Shown in pieces: positions 37,131 through 48,966 of a stretch of DNA of 64,000 nt (within the stretch, counting starts at the first letter, position 1; every line of letters starts with the position of its first letter). This stretch comes from Camelus ferus (lineage: Eukaryota): assembly GCF_009834535.1 (NCBI RefSeq), contig NC_045696.1:46502001-46566000 (forward strand), in the 5' to 3' direction. Below the pieces are notes generated by a model that did no database searches, was not told where the DNA came from, and saw only the letters and a list, made by a program, of their open reading frames with translations. The translations under genes were made by a program, and so were the position numbers.

Positions 37131-40100
37131 GTAAGGGCAGAGATGTGGAGTTTGGTACAACCAGTGCACTTCATCCCTTTTGTTGACTGTATATTCATCA
37201 CAATCAACTCTGTGGCTGTGGCCTTGTGTCTTGTGAAGTAGGAACGGGCTCTTAATAAAACTTAGCTTTCCAAATGTATCTAACTGACTTGATCTTGTTT
37301 TATGTCAAGGGGCTGTAGTCACATCACATTTTTGTCTTTAGTTTTCATGCTGTGAATTTTGCCTGTGGGGGGAAAATAATACTCATCATAATTCTTAATT
37401 ATACTAGTCACCCCCCTTCCTTGGCTTTGAGAATGACAGCTAAACCAAAGGGAAGATTGCATTTAAGGGAAGCTGAATACATATGTGGTTAACAAAACTG
37501 CTTTTAAAATCCTTTTCACAGTTTTCTTTATTGGGCGTATAGCAACACCTAGTGGCTTTTGGGATTATTTCAGAGACTGTTTCTAGAAACAGCTCCTTGG
37601 GTTTTTTCCTTGCTTCATTGAATCTCTGCTTATTTGGCATTTTTTTCCTTTCCTCTTGATTATGAACAGGTATCTTTGACTCTTTGTACTTTGTTATATT
37701 TAGAAAGTAAGTTGGCTCTAGCAGATAAATGGATGTTGAAGAATTGATGTTTCTCCTTAAAAAGCATGCCCTACCTAATAAGTAATTTAGAACACTGTAA
37801 GTACAAACAGCAAGGTGATTTCACAAGGTGTCAGTGTCTAGGACCCCCTAATAATGTTACTTCAATAGGAGCCTTTTGTGGGAAATAACCTCTTCCTCCC
37901 ATGTGGCTATAATCCCAGATTACCAGACATCTCCGTGCATCAGCGTATGCACAAATATACACACTTGCACTGGATGCCTCATTTATCCAACACTCAGGAA
38001 TGAATTCTACCTCAGTACATTTTCCATGTCATTGAACCATTTTTACATTTTGAGATTGTAGATGGAAATATGGCTAGCGTGTATCACACGCATTTCTGCC
38101 TTTTAATAAAGGATTTTTTAATAATTATCCTTATCTTGACAACTTACAGTTATCATTATAAATACTAATTACTACATTCAGGAGAAACTTTAGGACTATT
38201 TTAATTTTTTTTTAGCTTTTGAGATAATCCACTTTACTATATAACTGGGATTTAAAAATTTTTTGTGCAGTTTTGGAAGATTACTTTACATTTACAGTTA
38301 TTAAAAAAATACTGACTATTTTCCCCATGGTGTATGATACATCCTTAAACTTATCTTATACCCAATACTTGGCATATTTGTTTTAAATAGACTACAGTGC
38401 TTTATAAAACATTTGCGTCTACAGTTTTTCTGTCTTCTCGTTCTGTGTCTCCTTGCTGCTGGCATTGTTTTTTGTTTTTTTGTTTTTGCAACCCTCTTCC
38501 TTTTTCTTATCCCACTCTCGGGCCCTTCTGATTTGCTGCTTCTATTCTTCTGTGGACTTAGAGAGTCCAGCAAGTGCATAGCTTAGTAGAAAGCCAGTTC
38601 TCCTGGCTCCTAATTCGGTGCTATTTCCATTATTTTACACGGAAGATAGAGGCTAAATCCATAGTGCTTTAAAGGAAGTAACTAGATTTTGAAAGAAGAC
38701 ATTGTCCACTACAGTAAAATGCAGTCTCAGTGATTCTGTCATTGCTGATTTAACCATTGGACAGCCTTTGTTGTTTGATTCCTGGCCAGGTAATTGAGAT
38801 TCCTCATATTCAGAAACACAGAGAATTGAGTCAGTCAACAGATACTCATTGCACATCTGCCCTGCATCAGGTGCATGGGAGCACAAACATGCGTGTGTAA
38901 CTTCTTTGATTACATAGTACAGTTGACATAACATGTAGGATTGCCGAAGTTTTGATAATTACTTACATTTGAATTATCCATACAAGTAGAAAGTTTTGTT
39001 TAAGACCATCCATCATAATAATTTGCAGAGGGTCTCATTTAACTTCAAACCTTTATGACTGGATGTGTAAATATGGCCAAATGATCTATAATGACACTTA
39101 AAAGAAAGTTAATTTTTCTTCTTACAGTTAATATGAACTCTAATTAAGCCATAGGGTAACTAATCTCACAAATGGCAACTTTCTCATGCATCATAAGATC
39201 TGAAATAAAAATAATATGTATTATGTAGTGTAGCTACCCTAAATGATAATATGTTTAAATATCTCCATAGATCTCTGTCACATGTACAACCTACATTATT
39301 AAAGTTTTATAAAGACACTTCATAATTTTCATTCAGTCCTTGGCTCGATTTTAAGTCAAATTTTGATTATTTACCAAAATATCTAGGGGCTAAACACAGC
39401 ATTTTTTTTTTTTTTATAAACCAAAGCAATATTGTTTTTTTCATTGTTTAGAAATTACAATATAAAGATATAGTTTGTTTAGTTATTCCTTCCAATAAAA
39501 ATTTTTTCTGTGGTTGTTAATTTTAGGATTTTCTGGCCTTTTCCAGTGCATTTTATGTCTCCTTGGCTTCAAATTCTTAGGGAGCAAATAAAAACTATTG
39601 GGCTTTTTGGCATACAACTTGTTAAATAGTCGAGTGACAGTAAGGGAGTCAGACTTTGGCAACCAAACCACAGGTGGCAAATTAATTAAAGCTTCTGCAC
39701 CTTTTCCATGGTGCTTATCACTGAAAGAAGGTGGCCATTACTCTTTCAAATCCAAAGGTGACAATTAAAATTTTAAATGCTTACTCCTGTCCAATGGCCT
39801 GTGATGCTGTTAGGGAAACACATCTTCTGATGTCTGATGTCTAATGAATAGGTTTAATGAGAAACTCTGCTTTTAGGAACATAACCTGGGTGACAGTCAA
39901 CTCTTCCTGTAGATTCAGCCACCTAATATAATCACAGCTATTAAAAGTACAGTGGAAAAGGCTTAATAACACAGGAAAATCAATGTATTGTTTAAAAAGA
40001 GCATTTTTGTAACTGTAGTACAACACCTCATTTCTGTTGAAAGAATGATCTACATAACTGGAAGAATATACATGGAATTTAATTAACGCTGCTTCCCTTT

Positions 40101-41325
40101 GGGCAATAACACTAGATGATTTTTCTTCTGTATTTTTTTTTTCAGATTTTCAGTAGTGAACTTGTATTATTTATTGTCAGAAACATGTTATTTAAAAGTA
40201 TTTCTAACTTTCATTTTTCCTCTAAAGTGAAAGAACTTTTCCCCTAAGACTCTCTAACCTTGTCATTCAGGAAGACAAGGAGGGGACACACTGGTTTGGT
40301 GTTTAGACACATCAACTTTGATTCAGTTAATTCAACAAATACTTGAGTATCTACATTGTGCTCAGGCAATGTTGAGGATTCCACATTAAAAAGAGTCCCT
40401 GGGTAAGAGGGACCATAAACACACGTTTATGTGCTGTGGTGGTCAGTGCTAGGTGCCATGAAGATAAAGAGTAAGGAGCTTATTGAGCGTTGGGGAAGGG
40501 AGGTGTCATTTACCTCTTTGGTCCTAAGTTACTTCATGTGTGAAAAAGATTAGATCAGAGGAATACTGCAATCCTTTCCTTCTAACATTCTATGACTCCT
40601 GAATTACAGTTGGCTACCATAGAAGTGATTATTTCACCAAATGCAGAAATGGGTCAATTTTAACATTAAGATAAAGAGGAAATGTGTATCTTGAGAAGAG
40701 CAAGGAATTTAAAAATATCAGTGGTGTTTCTGTAACGATTGTTAATAATGAAAATTGCAAATGAAGATTGTAGAGCATTAAATGTTTACCCAACATAGTA
40801 AATAATATACAAGAACACATTATAAAGGAAATTTCTCTTAGGAAAAGAGTACTAAAATTTCTAAGATTGGGGCTTATATATAAATACATGAAAACCTTGG
40901 AAAACAAAAATTTGACATTAATTATGTTTTCCCAAAAGGTGTATAATTCTCAAAGCTCATTTGTGTTTTTATATAGTCAGGTGGGAACACAGCACATGGA
41001 AGAAGTAGATATTCTCTGGGCTTGGCTGCAGAAAGCCAAGAGATCAAATGGGCATCATTGTAGAAATTTCTCTTCGGTTAATAGTAATTTTTCTGAAATC
41101 CTGTCTACCTCCTGCTATACATGGCATTATTTAGCTGTTGAATGAGTAGATAACACTTTTTAAAACTTTGAAGAATATAATTACTTTTTTGTCACAGTAT
41201 TGCCTCAAATTTGGGAACTCAAAACCATCCCTTCCTCAAATGGGAATGGTTTAGGTGTCATATGTCTACTGTTTTTGTCCAGAAGCTATTCCTGTGGTGT
41301 CTCACACCATCTTTCTTTGTTTCAG

Positions 41326-41406
41326 ATGTCCTCTGGCACTTGCAGGCCTGATGTTTCAGAATCTTCTGAATTACGTCAGAAGTCACCATTATTTCAGTTT
41401 GCTGAG
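41326..41406 (+). CDS. BBX: BBX coding exon 5 (MSSGTCRPDVSESSELRQKSPLFQFAE)
   Basis: Acceptor ctttgtttcag|ATG, donor GAG|gtaata; 81 nt, phase 0-0. Confidence 0.95.
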
Positions 41407-42199
41407 GTAATATGTTATAGTTTGTACTTAATGAGGAAATTGTAAAGTGAGCTTAAATTTGGTCTGATGACAGTAACTGAAAGCAATGAAGAGCTCTACG
41501 TACTTAGCTCAAGTAACCATAAATGGGAAAATAGAACCAAATTTTGGGAAAGGTAATTTTGGAACTCTTTGAGTCTCTTAATTAAGGAATAAGTATATGT
41601 TTATAAAGCTTGTTATTAACTTGTCCTAAATACGATGCCACTTAAACCTCATCACTAATTTTTATTCCTGGATGAGAAAGTTAAGAATATAATTGAATTA
41701 TTGTTAGAACTTTGTCATTTATCAGGTGTTAAATCGGAAGATGGAATCGATTCATGGTTATGGGCTGTGTGTTCCTTTTCACTTATTTTAAGTACGCTTT
41801 TCTTTTAATTGAAACTTTAGCATGCAGTTGGCAGTTTTCAAAGCCTTTGTCTTGTGTCAAACCTGTTTGGCTGAATATGTCTCTGACATAGTCAGAGATG
41901 ATGTAGAAGAGCCACGTTATCCTTGATATCAAGTCTAAAGGTGAAGACTGCTTCCCAAAATGTCTGCATTTACTCTAGAACTCAATATGGAGCTATCATT
42001 GGTTAATTTTTTCTAAACTTTAAACCACATGGTCTTCCCATGGTCATTTGAATTGTATTTCACTAGACCTTCTCTCACACCGTCGTCCTTCCTAATGTTT
42101 GCCCCATGTGTTATCGTTTTGTACAAGGAGAGCATATTTTTAGTTTCAGATTTTTTTCTCCTCTCTAGTGTCCCTTCCTGGTGGTTCTCAGCATTTCAT

Positions 42200-43030
42200 T
42201 GACAGAATCGTTTTTCACATTGGCATATTAGGTCATTCCTTTTATGACATTGTTCATAATATGCCTAAGTGCACTGCTGATATCACCAGAATGTTATAAT
42301 ATATATTTGCTCACATAATACTCCTTATCTGTCACATTCCTTTCTGCTCTCGAAGGTGTGCTGTGAATTCCAATTGTTTTGCACATTGTTTCCCCAAGAA
42401 TTTAATGTAATAGAGACTTTATTCTGCACTCCCTTTACAACAATAGTTACAGACATATTAAGTAATGTTGGTCCCAACTTTGAAAGCAGAGATATTTAAT
42501 CAGTGATCCCTGAGCCCCTAAAGATCTAGTGAAGTCTCTCGAATTTCACATGAAATTTTGGCTATATTGACATGTGCATTTTTGTGGGCACTACAGCAAA
42601 CTGAAGATTCCAAAGAGATCCCTGACCCTAATCTAATATTTCTTCAGGAGCTTCTTATTCATGTCAATATCTCCTTTATTCTGGTATTAATTTGTAGCAA
42701 CATCCCTTTGTTTAGAAACTTGTGAAATGCTTTTTTCAGAAATCAAGATGATTTATACCACTGGTTCTATTTTGTTCACTGTCTGATTTAATCCTTAAAG
42801 AAATATATTGTAAGTCAGGCATTTCCTCTTGCACAAACCATTTGTTTTCTTCTTTTATGGAGGGTTGGTAGGAGTGAAAAGTCATGTTTAAAGTAGGACC
42901 TACAGTTTATAAATCCCAGGATTTCAGGAACATCCTTGTGGATTCATATCCTCACTCTGTCACAACTTGGATGTGGTGGTCTTTTGAAATGATAGGTTTC
43001 ATAGTTTGACCAAGAAGAGTTCCACAATTT
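42200..43030 (-). mobile_element. Possible ancient CR1/L3 LINE RT fragment
   Basis: cttgtgaaatgcttttttcagaaatcaagatg...ataccactggttct...taagtcaggcatttcctcttgcacaaaccatttg resembles antisense CR1/L3 ORF2; heavily diverged. Confidence 0.4.
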
Positions 43031-43059
43031 TGCCCTCAAATGTCTTCAAAATCATTGAT

Positions 43060-43440
43060 TAGATCTTAGCCATTTTATTTTTTTACTTGTTATAGATCTA
43101 GTTAGATTACCTGTTTCTTCTTTAGTCAGTTTTGAGAATTTATGTTTTCCTAGAACATTTTCCATAAATACATACATTTGCTTAATCTATTGATACTGAG
43201 TTATTCGTAATATTATCTTATATTTTAATTTCTATAGGGTTGGTAGCAATGTCCCTTCCTTTATACCTGATTTTGGTGATTTTTGTTCTCTCTCTCTCTT
43301 TTGTGGCCAGTCCAGCTAAAGATTTCTCAATGTTGTGATCTTTTTAGAGAGCCAGCTATTTATTTCATCTACTTTATTGATTTTTCTGTTTCTATTTCAT
43401 TGTTGCTGCTCTGTGTGCTTTCCCTGTTCATTTTCTACCT
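43060..43440 (-). mobile_element. Old L1 ORF2 fragment (approximate bounds)
   Basis: tttcctagaacattttccat...gtagcaatgtcccttcctttatacctgattttggtgattt...ccagctaaagatttctcaatgttgtgatctttttagagagccagct. Confidence 0.7.
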
Positions 43441-43869
43441 AGTTTCCCATTTTTCCCAGCAGTGCAGCTGGGAAAATAGTTTTTGCCTTCTTCTCAAAAA
43501 TGAGTCAGCCCCCATCAGCAGTAAAGTTGCTGATTTTCATGGCCGTGTCTGCCTTGGTATCCCACCATCTCAGCCATGGGAAGGGATAGGAGCAACCTCA
43601 GACAAGAACACTACAAATTTCCATTCTTCTTACCCAATGGTCAGCAGATTTTCATAAATAAACATTTAATTTGGTTTTTGCTCTTGGTTGATGATTGTTT
43701 TTGACAATTTTGTCTAGTTTTATAGTTTTCTTTTTTTTGAGAGAGGATTTACTGACCTCTTTATCATCAGTAGAAGATCTGACTCCGAGTGTTTTTAAAC
43801 AGTAACTAACCACAAAAGCCTAGAAATAACTTAATATAACTGAAAATTATATAATTAAGCCTAGTTTGT

Positions 43870-44371
43870 TAACAGTGGCCACAGATGGTTGTCACCTATA
43901 AAAGGTAGAGTCTGTCCCCCTCCAGCCCTCCTCTCCCTTTGCCCATCCCGCCCAACTCCCTTGAATCCAGGAGGCTCTGTGAAAACTTTGACTTGAAGAA
44001 TATAACAGAGGTGATTGTTAGCCAATTTCAGGGTCTAGGACGTAAGAGATTGGTAGCTTCCTCTTTCTCTGAGAGAGAAAGAAACTCATCTTCTATGCAA
44101 TGAGGAAGAAGCAGCGCTATGGAGAGGCCTCATGGAAAGACACTGAGACGCCTGGTCAGTAGCCTCAGCTGAGCGCTAACTTACTGGCCCTGTGAGTAAG
44201 CCATCTTGGAAGTGCATCATCCAGGCCCAGTTGAGCCATCCCAGTTAACTCGGTCTGTTCCTGCCAAATCCTTTCTAAATTGTGGATTTGCAAGCAAAAG
44301 AAATTATGATTGTTGTTTTAGATCACTAAGTATCTGGATGGCCTGTTACATAGCTATAAGTAACTAGAACA
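43870..44371 (+). mobile_element. MLT1-type MaLR solo LTR
   Basis: aggtagagtctgtcccc...ccttgaatcc...gccatcttggaagtg...ccagttgagcc...tgttgttttagatcactaagt...tgttacatagctataagtaactagaaca (typical MLT1 3' end). Confidence 0.8.
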
Positions 44372-45072
44372 TTAATATAGTACTTGAGGGATGGGAGTTG
44401 GGGATTAAAACTAAGAACAGTTATTTTAATATCCATTTATCATCTACCTAGCAAGTAAGATTTTCATAGCCATGAAATCGAATTGCAAAAATAGAACTTA
44501 GAAAAAAGGGCTGTGTAAGAAAAGGAGCTTGTTATTTTGAGTAGAAGGTGACTACAAATAGAAGAATAAAAAAAAAAATTCATCCTGGAGATTACAGAGC
44601 AAAGAGGGAGGATGGAATGAAGAAGAAGGGGAGGAAAGGGATCAGATGTTTGATTCAATTCCCCTTGCATGGTTTGCTTTGTGATAAGAGAAAGTAACTG
44701 AGCACAAGTGTGGCAGTTCTTGTCTTGTTATCTATCAATTTGATTCCTTGTGAGGAGGGACCTGGGCAGGAGGTTCCACACCAGCACTGAGAGTTCACCT
44801 TAAGCAGGGTTTAGAGACACAGAAAAAGAGAAAGAGGGTATCTAATTTGTATTCCATTTTACCTCCTTTTGGTCTGGATGGCCTGACTACTGAACAGAGA
44901 ATCAGCAGGCCTCCTCTGGAAGGCTGCAGCAAGGCAGCACCATAGTAGAGGTTAAGGGCAGCCCACCTAAGCCAAAGGCATGATGAAAAATGTGGTAAGG
45001 TTTCAGAGGGGCTTAAAGAGCCCAGGTGAGAAAATGATATCCAGGAATCTGTCCCTGGTTTATAACCAAGCC

Positions 45073-45135
45073 GAGAGAGAGTGAGAGAGCAAGAGAGCGA
45101 GAGAGAGAGAGAGTGAGAACGAGAGAGAGAAAGAG
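45073..45135. repeat. Imperfect (GA)n microsatellite
   Basis: Directly visible. Confidence 0.9.
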
Positions 45136-45647
45136 TCAGTGAATAGAGTCAATAATTACATCAGTCTCTGTTAATTCTTTCTTATCCCTAAAAATCGTTT
45201 TGATACTGTATCACCAACTGGCTCCATCATTTAACCAACTTACTTTAATTAAGATGAAAAAGTGAATCCTGTGATAGAAGAGTTATGATCAAGGTGCATG
45301 TAGTGCTTGATAAGTACCCTTTAATGGAGTTGATGAGCACCGTTAATTGAGGAAAAATACCTTTATGGGACTCGGAATGGGCTGCATTTATAATGCCCAT
45401 GTTTTCTGCTCTTGTTACTCATTTTCATCCTATTTTGTAGCTGGATAGAAGATTTGTTCACTTTAAAACCAAAATTAATAACTGACCTTGCTCGCAAAAC
45501 ATCCTCGGAAAGTATTTCCATGTGGCCCTCAGAGCAAACTTGCAATGAAGCTGCCATAATCATCAAACAGAAACAAAGTTCTCTTGATTGAACCAAGGCT
45601 GAAATAGAAGAATCCTCTGTCCACTGTCAGACACCTAAGGGGCTGTG

Positions 45648-45648
<1 letters not shown>

Positions 45649-45681
<33 letters not shown>
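45649..45681. repeat. (TG)n microsatellite
   Basis: Directly visible. Confidence 0.95.
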
Positions 45682-45682
<1 letters not shown>

Positions 45683-45734
45683 GGAGGGAGGATGTATGGT
45701 GTTATAAAGGAAAGAAAAGTTGTTCATACTCAGC

Positions 45735-45990
45735 AAACAATTTACTGAGTTCTGATGCCATGCCAGGCAGTGTATTCTATGGTTTATTTTCTTCTCACCA
45801 TAGTCCTCTAAAATGGGGATTATTATCATCATCACCATCATCATCACCATCAATTTCCAGTTGGGAAAAGTAAGCCTCAAAGAGATGAGCTGAGCTGCCT
45901 AAGGTCATGCAGCTAGTGAGCAGCAGAGCTAAGACTCAATCCCAGATACCCTGACCCACTTCGTTTGCTTCTTTAACACTGTTTCACAGC
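45735..45990 (-). mobile_element. MIR SINE with an internal (ATC/ACC)n expansion at ~45821-45852
   Basis: atttactgagttctgatgccatgccaggca...gctgcctaaggtcatgcagctagtgagcagcagagct. Confidence 0.7.
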
Positions 45991-46373
45991 TTCCTCTAAG
46001 CAGAGAACAGCTGGATGGGGAGTGGTGGAGGGAACAGCAAGATGGACTTTACTTCCAGCTTCCAACATTTACTAATATTTTAAAAAATTCACTGAAATAA
46101 GGAAATTTATCTCAACGGGACTCCTCAACTGATATCCTTACCAGAGACGTGGCATATGAGCCAAACTCAGTCTTTTTGTTCTTTCCATGTCTGTTTTTAG
46201 AAACGTGGCCTTTGTCTTCGTTTATCATTGATGCTGTACTTCTAAAAGGGATTGAGGGCGATGACTCGTGTTTTAATCTTAGTCAGTGTCTACTGGGGAA
46301 ATATAGAGCAGAATCTGTTAGTCCATTATGGTAAAATGTCCTTGTGCATTAAAAATGACTTGTTTCCTTTCAG

Positions 46374-46448
46374 ATATCTTCAAGTACGTCCCACCCCGAG
46401 GCTCCTTCAAAACAGTGTCAAGCATCAGCCTTGTTTCAGTTTGCAGAG
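46374..46448 (+). CDS. BBX: BBX coding exon 6 (ISSSTSHPEAPSKQCQASALFQFAE)
   Basis: Acceptor tttcctttcag|ATA, donor GAG|gtatgg; 75 nt, phase 0-0. The ORF track shows other frames here, not this one. Confidence 0.94.
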
Positions 46449-48795
46449 GTATGGCCTTCTCTTTTTAAAATACACGTTGAGTTCAGAAAACTTACGGAGC
46501 TCCGGAAATAGCGGAATGGGGTTTTATAACGTAAAGTGAACTTGAGGCATGCCTCTTGCCATTACGAATGTAATACATATGGCAGACTGCTTATTGTTTT
46601 CTGCTGCCTTTGCTGTAATCATAGATCAGCTCTAGTAGTGAAATTAGATGCTGGAGTGGATGAGTAACTTTCACAGTGACTGCACTGGTGAATACGACGT
46701 ATTGGGTCATCAATGCTGAGCTTTTGATGTGGTGTAGCTTCAGCTGTATTGGCCAGTATTTTTATTAGTGTTTAATCCCAGACTTAGGTCAGGTCAGCTC
46801 TTGCAGGATCTCACATTTCTTCAGTTTGTCAACCAGAGAGAGCACACAGTAGAGAGCATCTTCTTGGTGTGATGAGAAGGCAAATCTGATATGCTTGATT
46901 TTACCACAGAAGCCCTGACCTCAACCATATGCTCATTTCTAAGGGGCAGTATCTGACAAATGACAAAATGTATCCTGTTTGTGAAAATAAGATGCCATCT
47001 GCTTTAGGTCTTTCCTCATTTTCCTTTTTATTAATTTCAACCAAAAATGCATATCATAAACTAAGCAATTTTTTTATAGGCTTGAGAGAAAATGACAAGC
47101 AGGACTGTTCTGCTTAATATTGATGTATTGAATCACTTTGATTCATTTGCATAAAGAATGCTGCATAAATGAAATGTAAAGTGATATCCTTTTGCCAGGA
47201 GAAAACCCAGCATCTCACTTTGAAAATAAGAAAAAATTACTTTTAGCTCTTACATTAAAAAAGAAAAACATGCTGCTTCCTCTTGGCGCACCTGTGTCAG
47301 CCACCCTGACTTGATCCCACCAGTTGGCCTGCAAATCTTTAAGCTTCTCTGCCACAGTATTTGCTTTAGTTGAGGGCTGTTCTATAAAACTGGTAACCAA
47401 AACATCATAATGGTATCATTTCACGAAGAACAATTTGCTTGATGAATCTGAATAAATTAAGATTTTATGATAATTTTTCATTATGATAAACAAGCTGCTG
47501 TTTTCACTATCTGGGGAATAGTTTTAATATTTCCTTGCTTTCCTCCAATCATTGACATCCATTTACTTGATACTAATAATTTTTTCAAAGGTAAAAAAGA
47601 ATTTTGGCATAGTGACTAAATTTATTTTTAATGTTGTTACCTGAGCCAAACCTAGTCAACTTTTTAGAAAGATTCCCTTCAGAACAGAATTTATTTGCCA
47701 TATATTCTGTTTGATTGAATTCTACGCTCTGTAGCAGGAATATTAGAAAGGTAGTGACTCTTCTTTGACACACCTGGTATTTACATACGTGTTATTTACT
47801 AAGTTTTCAACTTAATTAAAAATGTTTGTACGGGATATCTTAGCTGGTGCATTTCTGACAGTTATTGCCACTCAGAGTGTGGTTGTTATTTAAGTGATAA
47901 CATTATCAGATTTATTAGGAGGCCCTGAAGCTGTGGGCATCATGAAGGACCAGTTTGATGGTGTAATAGCCACTGTCCTTCTGATTCTGGAAAATGAGAT
48001 TTTGTGCCTCCCTTAAATTAATTTGCCCTTGCTGCTCAGCACAGTCACTCCTTAAAGCATGAGAAAGTTTTCTAAGAAGAAGCTCTTCTTACTTGGGAGT
48101 CGTGCAGGGAGTTGTTTCCAGATGTCACTGTTCTATTCAGTGGCACTTATTAGTCTTCTGTGGGTTTTTGGTTTTTGACCATGGGACATATATAAGATTT
48201 GAGGAAGCTTTAAAAAAATTAATGTGAAAACTTATTAGGGATTGTTTCAAGGCATCATAACAGAGTAAGGCATACATGATGGAAAGCCCAAAATAAAATG
48301 TTTTGCCCTAGAATCAAATGCAGTTCCCCCTCTAAACTCAGTATATGTTTTTCCTAGTTATGTTTTGCATAGGTTGATAATATAAGCCCTTTCAATTCCT
48401 AAACAAGTTAAATTATTACATACTTGGTTGTTTACTTAGACATGTTATATGTGATGATACAGGAGAAGTAGAGTACATGGTTCTCTAAGGATGTATAATC
48501 TGTAGTCACTTACCTGAGCTGACCCAAGAGAACCCTAAGTTTCAGTCTCTCTCATCTGACCATACTGTCAGCCCAGTACTGGGTTGGTTTATTCAAAGCT
48601 ACACAATAGCTAGCTAGATGGACTAATAAAATTATATAGTAAAATCTGCTATGAGCATATATATTGTAGTAGAAATAGAATAGCCTGTAATTACTGTGAT
48701 CATATCCCTAAAGCTCTTATAATTACTTCATAAAACACCCATCACCTTTGAGAAAACACTTGACTCTTGAGATTCTTGTTCTAATTAGTCTATAG

Positions 48796-48966
48796 CAGAG
48801 ATTCTCAAATTTTAAAATACATCAGAGTCACCTCAAAGACTTGTTCAAACACAGATCACTGAACCCCCCACCCCTGGAGTTTCTTATTTACTAAATCTGG
48901 AGTGGGACTTGAGAATTTGCACTTCCAACAAGTTTCCTATTAGGAAACTTCAGTTTGAGATCACTG
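48796..48966. mobile_element. MER5A-type hAT MITE
   Basis: cagagattctcaaatttt...catcagagtcacct...cttgttcaaacacagat...gagaatttgcacttccaacaagtttcc...tttgagatcactg. Confidence 0.75.
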
